This document shows positions 1 through 9,313 of a stretch of DNA of 64,000 nucleotides, piece after piece. The notes under the pieces were generated by a model, which did no database searches, had not been told where the DNA came from, and worked only from the letters and a program-made list of their open reading frames with translations. A program made the position numbers and the translations under genes. Source of the stretch: a virus; IMG/VR virus record IMGVR_UViG_3300035150_000015, positions 32,001 to 96,000 of that record. The stretch is one strand, 5' to 3'. How positions within the stretch are numbered: position 1 is the first letter of the stretch; the number at the start of each line of letters is the position of its first letter.

Positions 1-54
1 ACCCTCTAGACTAGAGGTCCCTTCTAGACCACCCTGGAACGGAATTAGAGCCAA

Positions 55-447
55 TTATGACTCCGAGGCAAATAGCTGCCCTATAGCGAAAACAGCTTGG
101 TTTCCCAAAGAAATGGTTCTAGGCACGGAAAGAGCAGTCCAGTAGAGCATATTCCCTGCCGTCACAGCATCGAAGGCGGCGAATGCTACTACTGTGCCCC
201 AGTCCGCTGTAGCTGTCCCAAAATCCACTGCTGCTGTATTGCTGATCTGCACTGGAGGGGTTTCGGTAGCGTCTTCAAACGTGACCGCCTTACGGATATA
301 CCCTCCACCAGTGACCTCGGTACCACCTCCAGCGTCCGTAGGGGCTACTGTAAAGAGAGCGATGTAAACAGCAGCCGGGGAAGTGTAGGTGGTAGCCCGG
401 AAAACATGGTTGAGAAGGGCAGCCTTCAAATAGTTTGACTTAGCCAT
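55..447 (-). CDS. virion structural protein (tail-associated small beta protein)
   Basis: 130 aa; pattern S.YL...LLNHVF..T.Y..PA.VY.ALFT..P.DAGGGTEV.GGGY.R..VTF ... WGTV..F..FDA.T.GN is typical of a widespread phage tail-region family. Confidence 0.6.
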   Translation of the reverse strand: MAKSNYLKAALLNHVFRATTYTSPAAVYIALFTVAPTDAGGGTEVTGGGYIRKAVTFEDATETPPVQISNTAAVDFGTATADWGTVVAFAAFDAVTAGNMLYWTALSVPRTISLGNQAVFAIGQLFASES

Positions 448-510
448 AATCCTAGTATCCTAGCGAAGGGTTCTGATAAAAAGCTTCGGACCTAGGACCC
501 TTGGCCAAAC

Positions 511-906
511 TCAAGAGCTGGGTTTGGTGAACGAGGCTCTCAAGCCCGAATCCGTGATAGGGTACTGGACCACATCGAAATCTTGAGCCATGATCTGGGC
601 TCCGGCCGGATAGTTAACCAAAAGACGCCAATACCCAGCGGAACTGGGGCGGAACCTCATGTTGTAGATGCCGGGGGAGCCGGGAACTTCGTGCCAGTAC
701 ACATTCCCAGAATGGACTTGGAGGTCGGTCGTAGTGGACCCGTCAATAAGAGTCCAAGGCTGTAGAGAGTTGTTGAAATAGAGCTCACATTTCAAGTCCG
801 CTGGAGTCAACCCAGTGACTCGAGTGTAGCCGTCCCCCTCGAAGAAATCCGCCTGGTCTAGGATTACTTGATTAACCGGGACTAGTCTGCCTCGGATGGT
901 TACCAT
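511..906 (-). CDS. hypothetical protein, probably virion-associated
   Basis: 131 aa beta-rich ORF with a GAGGA SD, co-oriented with structural genes. Confidence 0.6.
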   Translation of the reverse strand: MVTIRGRLVPVNQVILDQADFFEGDGYTRVTGLTPADLKCELYFNNSLQPWTLIDGSTTTDLQVHSGNVYWHEVPGSPGIYNMRFRPSSAGYWRLLVNYPAGAQIMAQDFDVVQYPITDSGLRASFTKPSS

Positions 907-918
907 TTATTCCTCACT

Positions 919-1179
919 TCACGGCATATGAACGACACTCTTGAGCATCTTGATGGCATTGGCGTACAACTGCGCTGGAACTCTCCCCGTCTGGCTGACC
1001 CACCCATTCTTCAATTCGGCCATGTTGCACACTGAAGTGTCGAAAATGAAAGTGACTTTTCCCATGTTCCGGGAAGTCCTAATCATCTGAACTCCAGCTA
1101 CTTGCAAGTATGCGGCATAGTATAGGTCAGAGGTGGAGTATTCAGGGGTCTTCCCCTGGTTAGGGTTTTGCGTCATCAT
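919..1179 (-). CDS. small phage protein (DUF5659-like)
   Basis: 86 aa; Y.T.DL..AAYL...G ... KV.F.F ... V....Y..AIK.LK pattern recalled from DUF5659 phage proteins. Confidence 0.55.
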   Translation of the reverse strand: MMTQNPNQGKTPEYSTSDLYYAAYLQVAGVQMIRTSRNMGKVTFIFDTSVCNMAELKNGWVSQTGRVPAQLYANAIKMLKSVVHMP

Positions 1180-1240
1180 CTAATATCCCAATCTCGGCGC
1201 GCAGCACCGTAAAAAGAGTCCAAATCTGAATCTAAATCTT

Positions 1241-1258
1241 GGGGGCCCGAAGGCCCCC
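1241..1258 (-). terminator. GC-rich hairpin with UUCG tetraloop after the 1273..2382 gene; probable intrinsic terminator
   Basis: minus strand GGGGGCC-TTCG-GGCCCCC 14 nt after the stop codon; weak U-tract. Confidence 0.6.
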
Positions 1259-1272
1259 GATAGTCAAAGTGA

Positions 1273-2382
1273 TTAGGCTAGAGCTTCCGCAGCCGAGACC
1301 CGATTACGAACTCGGACCTTCACGGAAGTGGTAGTGGTAGCCGCACCCGGAATAAGGGAAGCCGGAACAACCACAGAGGTGGCAGAAATAGACCCGCCAG
1401 CTGCCACAATCTGAGACTGATTCAAAGATTTGGCCACATCACCAGTGAATTGGACAACGGTATCCAGGAGCTCGCTGTTTCCGAGACCTGTGCCAGCAAT
1501 GGTGACATCCCCAGTCGTTGGGGAGTCCAAAGTAGCTGAAGAAATGGTCGGCAAAGTCACGGACATGGCAGAAGCGCCATCGTCCTGAACCACTTGAATG
1601 GCCGCCCCGGCAACTAGACCCTGACGGGAGTCAGGGTTGAAGGTAGCAGAACGAAGAGAAGCGATGTATCCCACGAGGTAGCTATCCAGAGCCACGGTAG
1701 TCTCGAGGAATTGCGGGGCAATGGCATCGGCTAAAGCTTCGTGAGTTCCACGTGTCGAGGGGATAAAGGCAAAAGCTGTGGAGCTCGTTCCAGACCCGAC
1801 TGTGTTCATCGTGGTGACAGAGACATCTAGTGTTCCGCCAACAGGATTCAAGTCAGTGATGATGGTCGTGGCCGAGGGCATGGCCCGAACGATAGCCGCC
1901 GTACCAAGGCCCAAATCAGGTAATGCCGTAGAACCCCCAACCTCACTATCGATACCCACATAAGAATTCACTCCGTGAGGACCTTCAAGGGCCAAGGTGT
2001 CACTGGTAGTGCCTTCACGCGCAGTGATGCCGGTGCCTACCAAAGCCGCGTTAACGGCCGCTGCCAGGTCAATGATGTTGGTATAGGTGGCGGCTGCAAT
2101 CGTCACCGAAGTATAGCTAGCTGCTGCCGATGTCCGCACCTTCAGGACATCGTTTGAGCTACCCGTGATAGTGATATTGAAGGTCAGGGCACTACCCTGA
2201 GCCACAGCACCTGCCCCAACTGAGGAATCGGACAAAACCATCTCGATTTCAGTAGTGGTGGGACGGGAAATGTAAACTTCCTGGCCAGGAGGTTCTGTCG
2301 AGAAGTTTCTCCGAGAGACAGGCTCCAAGTCGGCCAGGAGGACTGGTCCGGGAAGGTCGGCTCGAATAATTCCAACACGCAT
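1273..2382 (-). CDS. virion structural protein with one C-terminal Ig/IPT-like repeat
   Basis: 369 aa, Thr/Ser/Gly rich; the C-terminus (ATLDSPTTGDVTIAG...VVVPASLIPG) matches the repeat unit of 2775..4763. Confidence 0.65.
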   Translation of the reverse strand: MRVGIIRADLPGPVLLADLEPVSRRNFSTEPPGQEVYISRPTTTEIEMVLSDSSVGAGAVAQGSALTFNITITGSSNDVLKVRTSAAASYTSVTIAAATYTNIIDLAAAVNAALVGTGITAREGTTSDTLALEGPHGVNSYVGIDSEVGGSTALPDLGLGTAAIVRAMPSATTIITDLNPVGGTLDVSVTTMNTVGSGTSSTAFAFIPSTRGTHEALADAIAPQFLETTVALDSYLVGYIASLRSATFNPDSRQGLVAGAAIQVVQDDGASAMSVTLPTISSATLDSPTTGDVTIAGTGLGNSELLDTVVQFTGDVAKSLNQSQIVAAGGSISATSVVVPASLIPGAATTTTSVKVRVRNRVSAAEALA

Positions 2383-2398
2383 TGGTTTTTGCTCCTAG

Positions 2399-2767
2399 TC
2401 AGTTCTCTGGTTGAGAGTTGAAACGTCCCCTGGCCTGCTCAATCTTGAGGTTGCGGAGAATCGTTCCGTAGTCAGTGTAAAAATTGCTAATCGATTCGAT
2501 GAATTTGAGGTCATCCGTCCTCCAAGCGAACTTGGCGTCCCGAACGGTAAGCCGCATTCGCCTGAGGACAGTGAGAAAGAAAGTGGCTCGGTCCAACGTT
2601 TGGAACTCGGATTCCGCCTCTTCAAGGCGAGTGAATCTCGCCTGAACGTCCTTGAGCATGCTCCGGCGAAAAGGCTCCGGAATGAGGTCCTTGGGGCGCC
2701 ACCGACGTTCCAGCCGGTAGAACTGAGAACCTTCATGCTCAAGGATCGTGGGTAGGAGGAGGTACAC
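2399..2767 (-). CDS. hypothetical protein
   Basis: 122 aa ORF filling the gap between two structural genes on the coding strand. Confidence 0.5.
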   Translation of the reverse strand: MYLLLPTILEHEGSQFYRLERRWRPKDLIPEPFRRSMLKDVQARFTRLEEAESEFQTLDRATFFLTVLRRMRLTVRDAKFAWRTDDLKFIESISNFYTDYGTILRNLKIEQARGRFNSQPEN

Positions 2768-2774
2768 AGGTTCA

Positions 2775-4763
2775 TTACGTCGTCACGGTGAAGGGGTCAC
2801 TGGTTGTGCTGTCTGCAGAGACGGTTACCTCATCACCAGCAGCCAGGAATGGCACAAGTGCAGCCGGAATGATGACCTGGGCGTCCCCGTAAGCAGCAAC
2901 GCCACCAGCCCCGAGAATTTGGGCTTTGGTCCTGGTCACATCGCCAACCCCGGAGCCAAACAAACGAACCGAAGAGCCAGCACCGTCAAGGCCAGCACCG
3001 TCAATGGTGATGTCCCCACCGCCTGGGGAACCAACAACAGCAGCCGTGACTACCGGAGCCAGATTCCAAGTATTGCTGTCTTGTCCACCCGCAGAGACCA
3101 CTACCGTATCGCCACCAGCCAGACCAGTCAGGTCGCTGGAGTCGATCACAATCTGAGTGTCCGAAACCGACCCGCCTCCGCTGATGATAGCAGCTGACGT
3201 CAGGGTAACCGGAGAACCAGCGATGGCTCCTGTCAGCACAACACTAACTGGAGTCGTACTGAACCCGATACCGTCAATCGTCAAATCTCCAGCACCCGGA
3301 GAATCCATAGCAGCAGCTGTGATTTCAGGTAGCGTGTACTCGAGACTGTCCACCCCATCCGCTGTCACTACGAAACTGTCCCCGGCTCCCATAGCTGGGA
3401 TCAGGGTCGCATCGATGATGATCTGGGTGTTGCTCACTGCTCCAGGAGGCGTTCCAGTGATGGTGGCTTCGCTTAGAGTCGTGGGTACCCCACCAATCGT
3501 GACTGTAACCGACGTAGTAGCCGGACCAGTTGAAGCGAGCCCTACACCGTCAATGGTAAGGTCTCCACCCGCAAGAGCAGCTCCAGTGATCACAGCAGCC
3601 AGGTTGTAAGTGTTACTATTCTGGCTGTCTGAAATGACCACAATTGTGTCTCCACCACCAAGGCTAGAGACTAGAGCCGCCGGGATCACAATTTGAGTAT
3701 CCGAAACCGTTCCGCCACCACCCGTGATGGCCGTCTCGGTAAGAGTCAAAGGTGAACCGGCCACTGCACCAGTGAGAAGTACAGAGGTACCACCGGGAGT
3801 CGTAGAAGCAAACCCAATACCGTCGATGGTGACGTCTCCGGCTGTCGGGGAATCCAACGTAGCCGAAGTGATAACCGCCGGCAGGTAGTAAGTGTTGCTC
3901 GGAGTGCCATCGGAGGTAACCACCACCGTGTCACCACCAGTGAGGCCTGGGATCAAGGTCGAGTCAATAACAATTGAGGTATCACCCACCGCTCCAGGAG
4001 GAACAGCAGTGATCTGAGATTCCGTGAGGGTAACGTCCCCCACACCAGAACCAACCAGGTGAACTGAAGTGACCGCTGGAGAGGTCGAAACGAAACCCAG
4101 ACCAGCAATCGTAATGTCCCCAGAAGAAGGACTGTTCTGAGTGATTCCAGAGATAGCTGCTGGAACGTAGGCAGTGTTGCTGTCTTGGCTGTCAGCGTGG
4201 ACAATCACCGTGTCCCCGGCCTGAAGACCAGCGATCAGGGTCGCATCGATGACAATCGAGGTGTTGCTCACTGAACCAGGGGAAGCCGCCTCAATTTGAG
4301 TCTTGGTCAAGGTAACCGAGCCAACGCCAGCACCAGCCAAGGTAACCGAGGTAACGTCCGGGAGCACCGATAGGAAGTTGGACCCAGCGATGGTGACGTC
4401 TCCAGCTGTCGGGGAATCCAAGGTCACTGTGGAAACCACTGGGGCAAGCTTGTCAGACGCCGACAGAGAGACCACCGAAATGAGCCCCGCCGCCAAAAAA
4501 CCAGCAATCTTCCCTGAGCCGGCCGAACGAACAACACTGTTCGTTTCATCCAAATCTATATAGCCAGCTTGAGCTGTGTTGGCTGGATTGCTGTAGGGAA
4601 TGTAGCAAGGCTGCTTCCGCCTATTCGCATACCCGTCGCGCTGGTAAGAATCAGGGTCAGCCGTAGATCCCATCCTGTGAACTGCTTTATTGGGTAGGCC
4701 ATCGTCGATATCGTCGATAAGGATACCGCCAAGACCGGTCTGAGAGTGAATTAGTCTCAACAT
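2775..4763 (-). CDS. virion surface protein with six tandem ~90-aa Ig/IPT-like repeats
   Basis: repeat unit P.IT.A.LDSP..GD.TI.G.GF...TSV.L.G...TLT...I......VSDTQIVI...L...L.GGD.VVV..D...SNTY occurs six times after a ~105-aa N-terminal domain. Confidence 0.75.
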   Translation of the reverse strand: MLRLIHSQTGLGGILIDDIDDGLPNKAVHRMGSTADPDSYQRDGYANRRKQPCYIPYSNPANTAQAGYIDLDETNSVVRSAGSGKIAGFLAAGLISVVSLSASDKLAPVVSTVTLDSPTAGDVTIAGSNFLSVLPDVTSVTLAGAGVGSVTLTKTQIEAASPGSVSNTSIVIDATLIAGLQAGDTVIVHADSQDSNTAYVPAAISGITQNSPSSGDITIAGLGFVSTSPAVTSVHLVGSGVGDVTLTESQITAVPPGAVGDTSIVIDSTLIPGLTGGDTVVVTSDGTPSNTYYLPAVITSATLDSPTAGDVTIDGIGFASTTPGGTSVLLTGAVAGSPLTLTETAITGGGGTVSDTQIVIPAALVSSLGGGDTIVVISDSQNSNTYNLAAVITGAALAGGDLTIDGVGLASTGPATTSVTVTIGGVPTTLSEATITGTPPGAVSNTQIIIDATLIPAMGAGDSFVVTADGVDSLEYTLPEITAAAMDSPGAGDLTIDGIGFSTTPVSVVLTGAIAGSPVTLTSAAIISGGGSVSDTQIVIDSSDLTGLAGGDTVVVSAGGQDSNTWNLAPVVTAAVVGSPGGGDITIDGAGLDGAGSSVRLFGSGVGDVTRTKAQILGAGGVAAYGDAQVIIPAALVPFLAAGDEVTVSADSTTSDPFTVTT

Positions 4764-4818
4764 CCTATGTTTCTCCGTACGGGACCTTTAAGGCCTCTGG
4801 TTACCTGCCGGATCCGGG

Positions 4819-5671
4819 TCATAAAAGGAAACTGGCATCCTCGTACCCCTTCCGTCGCATCTCCTTCACCTTAGAAGGAGAGAAGTCCAATGAATCTTCA
4901 ATTAAAACGCAATTCGGCCGCTGGACCCGAATTTTCACGTTCTTGTAGGAACCGTTCAATACGGCCAAATCATTCTTCAATCCGGCCTCCCGAAGGTCTC
5001 CTCGAATAATCTCATCCCCCATTAAGTCCACAGCCCTCATGGCTCGTGATAAAGCATTTTTCTTTTTTGAGTCCCAGACCCTACGGAGGTCAGGGTTTGA
5101 ACACAAGATCACATCAATTTCCGTAGCCCCGGCTCGGATGGCCGCTCCCAAGGGAGCTACATTCCGAATACCGCCGTCAGTCCACTCTTCCCCATCCAAC
5201 TTGATGGGGTTAAGAAAGGCCGGAAAGCTAGACGAAGCAAGGACCCAATCGGCCAACCTCTCAGAATTCTCGGTGGCCAAACAATAGTCGCCAGTGTTCC
5301 AGCTAACCGCCCCAATTCTTACAGATCTACCCGAATTCCTAATTTTGGAAACATCGAGCTCAGACTTGACCCATTTTTCAAGAGGAGCAGAATTGTAGAC
5401 TGAGGGCTTCCAGAGAGCGGCCAAATACCACCCAAACCACCACTTACGAATTTTCCTGTTCTCAACCCGATTCCAGATTCTATCTAGGTACTCGTAGGCC
5501 CTCTCAGGGTCCCCAAGCGGAGCTTGAGAAAGGGCCGCCGAATTGAGAGCCCCGACCGAAACACCGCAGACAATATCATAGTCCCGCTTATCCTCTAGGA
5601 GCCACTTCTGAAGAACCCCGACTTCATACGCACCTTTGCTTCCCCCCGCCTCCAAGGACCAACGCTCTCAT
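4819..5671 (-). pseudogene. patatin-like phospholipase with a +1 frameshift in a G6 tract near the 5' end
   Basis: ATG at 5671 reads MRALVLGGG; removing one G from the G6 run (5642-5647) gives MRALVLGGGGSKGAYEVG; GVSVG nucleophile motif and DGG motif are intact downstream. Confidence 0.8.
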
Positions 5672-5705
5672 AACACACCTTTTTCTACTTTGGCTACCAT
5701 GTAGC

Positions 5706-6479
5706 TTAATCTCCAGAATCTCGGTTTAGGAGCCACCAACGTAGGTTCCCCCTAACCTTTATAGGGGTACTAGGAGAAACTTCGTGGGAAAAGTAGCTAA
5801 TACGGACAAGTAAAGGTGGGGACACCGTTTTCGAACCATTGGCCATCACCTGAATGACTTGGCCATCATTGGGCAGGTAGACCCCCACCCCATACTTCAA
5901 GAGTTCCACTTCCCCGGGAGCTTCCGTAGCAGGAGAAAAAGGCCAGTCCCCCAAACCTAAAGCCGCCCAAGAAGTTTCCGACTCCCCTTCAGGAAAAATG
6001 ATGGTGAAATCCAAATAGTCGTCCTCATGTCCGGACTTGTTTTCCATCCATATGGAATGAACCCCCTGAATATCTAACGGAGACGGAAGAGAAAAGTCGT
6101 AGTTGGTTTTCTTCGGGATCTCTTCTTCGTTAGTAGGGGATTCCGGGGACATCTTGAACCCGACAATCTGCATCAAGCTCGTCGAACCTGAAGGCTCCTG
6201 TACGACCCTAAGACAGCCATCTGAACTGCGAGTGGCTAAAACCGGCGTCACTGGAAGTGGTACCCCGTCATGTGCCCCTATCACAGCTCCCAGTTCTGTC
6301 GTTTGCTCAGAATTCAGGTCTGCTTGAAAGTCAACTGTGAGTACGTCCCCAGAAGTAGAAACCCCCTCCAACTCTACAGGTATGTCAGTGTCCGACCGGA
6401 TCTCATAGTCTAGTTTGGAGCAAGACACAGCACCATTCTGGGTGTCATCGGCTACACTGAAAACGAATTGAGTCGTCAT
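5706..6479 (-). CDS. hypothetical virion-associated protein
   Basis: likely start MTTQFVFS at 6479 with an AGGAG SD; the ORF track extends it to 6527. Confidence 0.55.
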   Translation of the reverse strand: MTTQFVFSVADDTQNGAVSCSKLDYEIRSDTDIPVELEGVSTSGDVLTVDFQADLNSEQTTELGAVIGAHDGVPLPVTPVLATRSSDGCLRVVQEPSGSTSLMQIVGFKMSPESPTNEEEIPKKTNYDFSLPSPLDIQGVHSIWMENKSGHEDDYLDFTIIFPEGESETSWAALGLGDWPFSPATEAPGEVELLKYGVGVYLPNDGQVIQVMANGSKTVSPPLLVRISYFSHEVSPSTPIKVRGNLRWWLLNRDSGD

Positions 6480-6490
6480 TCCATAGTCTC

Positions 6491-7499
6491 CTAAGCAACA
6501 GCCTCTACACACAGATAGACATCCCACACGGAAGCCTCTATACTAGGCGGCGTCTTCTTCTTCTGATACTCGGACTCCGAAATAGACATCCCACCGGTAG
6601 ACCTCCACTGAAGTCTCCACTGATAGGTCCCTGTAGTCAAATGTTTTTCAACAATCCTGGCTAAGTAATGACGTTGGTCACTACCAGTGTCTCCAAACAC
6701 CCCAGACGCATCCGACGGCTCCTGAAGATGCGTTTCCCCAATATCAACGAAACCCCCTCCGGAATCTTCTTGGAGCCTAACCTCAATATCCTGACTCACA
6801 GAATCACAATTCCAGCCATAGGAAGTTATACGATAAGTACCCTCCACCAGATCCACAGGAGACGTGACCACCTTTGTACGGAAAAAGGAAGAGGTCGTGG
6901 TGCTCACAGAAGGGTCGTGGGCGCCGACCACTCTTCCCAGAACAGGGCCGGGCTCCGCACACAAGATGCAATTCAGTATGATACCTGGGTCTGAATCTAC
7001 GAAAGGGCTATAGTCCATCACCAATGACAATACAGCTGGAATACTAGTAGCCTCATCGATTTGGCCGAAAAGTCCAACTTGCGCAGAATACAGACTGTTT
7101 ACCCAGCCAAAGTACTGGTCCAATAGCGCCCTCTGCCCATTAGTAGCTGTAGAGTACAGAACCAAGAATTCATCCTAAGTATCCTGGGAATACCTAGACA
7201 ACAGAAAAGCACTCGTGGCCGCACCCACTGCGGATTTATGCGCTGCTCTGACCTCAGCTAAAGTAGCCGAATCCTGATCGACAATGTCTTTCTCAGGCTG
7301 AGTCATTTCCCTCAAGTTCTGAGACTCTGGGGGGTCCACCACCCAATACATTTTAGGGACTTCGGGGTTACTGTCGGTACCAGAACCCACCAAACTAGGT
7401 AACGCTGGGGGATTGTGAACCCAGTCCTCTGGAAGGTAGTCGGGGGTGTGTGCCGACCGAATCACTTGAAAGGTGGATTTTTTTGACAACATCCGACAT
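6491..7499 (-). pseudogene. disrupted hypothetical (virion-associated) gene with an A7 frameshift and an in-frame TAG
   Basis: AGGGG SD plus ATG at 7499 reads MSDVVKK; removing one A from the A7 run joins it to STFQVIRSAHTPDY. ORFs 7175..7609 and 6491..7165 are in the same frame, separated by one TAG (RYSQDT*DEFLVLY). Confidence 0.7.
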
Positions 7500-7671
7500 G
7501 ATATACCCCTAGCAACTACGACGTCGGGTACGAGAGACCACAAGAGAGTTTGCATAAGATCCTGAAGAGGGGTTTGCGACAGGGGTCCCGTGGATCCCCG
7601 AAACCCCACAATCTCGTATAGATCCAGATCCTGACAATGAGATCCCAGGAGCTCGCTCGTTAAGTTTCCAC

Positions 7672-7899
7672 CTACTCAAGAGCCCGTAAACGTTGCGATC
7701 TTTCCCTCTGGCCGCGTAAAGACCAGCAATTTCCGACGGAGTCGGCCCACAGCCAACGCTTAACCTGAGAACGAAGATTATTTAGGTCGTCTTCGACGTT
7801 AGTCGGAGACGATTCCATCGTAGAACCAACAGCCACGGTATCATCGTAAGTAGTTGACTGCCTAATTTGAGAAACTTGGCGGATGAAGGTTCTGCCCAT
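7672..7899 (-). pseudogene. probably truncated virion protein (N-terminal fragment)
   Basis: good GGAG SD and a plausible N-terminus (MGRTFIRQ...EDDLNNLRSQ) that ends at 75 aa, followed by ~170 nt with no clear gene; adjacent to other lesioned genes. Confidence 0.45.
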
Positions 7900-7972
7900 T
7901 TTGTCGCTCCGTGGGTAAAGGGGGAATGCTTTTCACTATTTGATAGGCAACAAGAGTTCTATCATAAAAGAC

Positions 7973-8353
7973 TCAAGTGTTAACGGCCACGTAATCGACA
8001 AGCAACTGGTCGTCAGCCTCTGGAGGAATCTCCAACAACACAGTGTCATATCCAGTCCCGGGACCCCCACTCTCCGAGATGACATAGTCCTCTATAAGTG
8101 TAAGGCGGACACCGTTACAGTATATGTGTATCGAAAGGAAAGGGAGGTTGTGGGTGAATTTGTCCCCGACAGGGACAGTGAAGGTGATATTTACTCCGTC
8201 TTTTGGCCCTACCGGTTGCTGTCCCGTGCGGAACCTAGCTGTTTGAATGAACAGCTGGCTGGCCGCTTGGAGGGAGAGAAAGTTGATGAGGTACACACTG
8301 AATTTCTCTAAGAAACGAACGAACGGCTCGGCTCGGCTCGGTCTACTTGGCAT
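7973..8353 (-). CDS. virion structural protein
   Basis: G.KDG.N..FT ... Y.NGVRL....DY..SESGG.G.GY.T ... P...D.LLVDY is a beta module typical of tail-associated proteins; the true start may be a downstream GTG. Confidence 0.55.
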   Translation of the reverse strand: MPSRPSRAEPFVRFLEKFSVYLINFLSLQAASQLFIQTARFRTGQQPVGPKDGVNITFTVPVGDKFTHNLPFLSIHIYCNGVRLTLIEDYVISESGGPGTGYDTVLLEIPPEADDQLLVDYVAVNT

Positions 8354-8576
8354 CCACCCGGTAATGGCCCACCACTTTTTCCGGATCGAATGGCTCGGCC
8401 TCTAGCGCTATGGCAGCGGGGTCTGTTTCAGCAAGCCACTTGCGCAACCCACCGATTTCCCAATCACGCTCCTCGGAACACTTCGCGCATAGCCGCCAGG
8501 ATCGCTTCTGTGTGGCCGTGGTAGAACCCACCGTACGATCATCCAGTTCTACCTCGCAGATACAGCAGGTCAGCAT
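8343..8576 (-). CDS. small Zn-finger protein
   Basis: MLTCCICE...CAKC; ATG overlaps the end of the upstream LRR gene (ATGCTGA). Confidence 0.5.
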   Translation of the reverse strand: MLTCCICEVELDDRTVGSTTATQKRSWRLCAKCSEERDWEIGGLRKWLAETDPAAIALEAEPFDPEKVVGHYRVDAK

Positions 8577-9301
8577 GAGCAACTCCCAGTGATGGTGCAG
8601 GTCCAACTATGTGCATTGACAAGCGAGCAGTACGCAGGACATCCTGTCCCAACACTCGGAGCGGCATTCGTCCCATGAATCTGCAGCGTGCCGGCGCGCG
8701 GGTTGGCGGTCACCGTCGCAAGCAGGTCTACCAACACATCGTCAACGACGGATTCCGACCAGCCATTGTTGTAGCAATACAAATTCTGTAGCTCCGTCCA
8801 CGTCGACGGAATCGTCAGCGACGCAAGCGCGTTGTCGTAGCAGTACAGTGTTTTCATCGCCGTCCACTCAGGTGGTAACGTCAGCGACGTGAGCGCGTTG
8901 CCTACACACGACAGATTTGTCATCGCCGTCCACTCAGGTGGTAACGTCAGCGACGTGAGCGCGTTGTAGTAGCAACGCAGAACCTTCATCGCAGTCCATT
9001 CCGGCGGGAGCGTCAGTGATGTGAGCAAGCACGAATAGCAAAACAAGACTGTCAGCGTCTCGCCGCCCTCGATCCAAATCGAGTGCCCCGCGACGCCGTC
9101 CGTGTACGTGTGTGCTGAGACTTGGAGCGCCCCGGTCTTGTCCGTAGTCAATCCGTCCCCCCAGTGAATCGTGATCTGCGCGGAACTACTGGTGGTCAGC
9201 GTAACGGTGTTGTTCGTGCCGCTGGTACGCATCGTCTCGGGCACAGTGACAGCTAGGATCCTTCGAGCTTGGACTCCGAGCCGTCTATAAATCCCAGGCA
9301 T
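8570..9301 (-). CDS. leucine-rich-repeat protein with an N-terminal PKD-like domain
   Basis: I.WGDG...HTY PKD-like motif; 22-aa repeats LTSLTLPPEWTAMxxLxCxxNA. Confidence 0.8.
   Translation of the reverse strand: MPGIYRRLGVQARRILAVTVPETMRTSGTNNTVTLTTSSSAQITIHWGDGLTTDKTGALQVSAHTYTDGVAGHSIWIEGGETLTVLFCYSCLLTSLTLPPEWTAMKVLRCYYNALTSLTLPPEWTAMTNLSCVGNALTSLTLPPEWTAMKTLYCYDNALASLTIPSTWTELQNLYCYNNGWSESVVDDVLVDLLATVTANPRAGTLQIHGTNAAPSVGTGCPAYCSLVNAHSWTCTITGSCSC
8854..8966. repeat. two identical 47-bp direct repeats with a 66-bp period (LRR coding repeats)
   Basis: tcatcgccgtccactcaggtggtaacgtcagcgacgtgagcgcgttg at 8854-8900 and 8920-8966; more diverged copies flank them. Confidence 0.9.
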
Positions 9302-9313
9302 ATCAGACTTTTT

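Noticed and set aside
4819-5671. CBASS system built around the patatin
   Set aside because: No CD-NTase or other CBASS gene is adjacent
7175-7177. In-frame TAG suggesting TAG-to-Gln recoding (genetic code 15)
   Set aside because: Many genes end at TAG at their expected C-termini (e.g. ung, terL) and 1000-aa ORFs contain no internal TAG; a single nonsense change is simpler
8854-8966. 47-bp repeats with a short variable spacer resembling a CRISPR mini-array
   Set aside because: The 66-bp period is in frame, encodes LRR units, and no cas operon is present
8570-9301. Diversity-generating retroelement target
   Set aside because: Differences between repeats are not restricted to adenines, and no reverse transcriptase or template repeat is visible in the window
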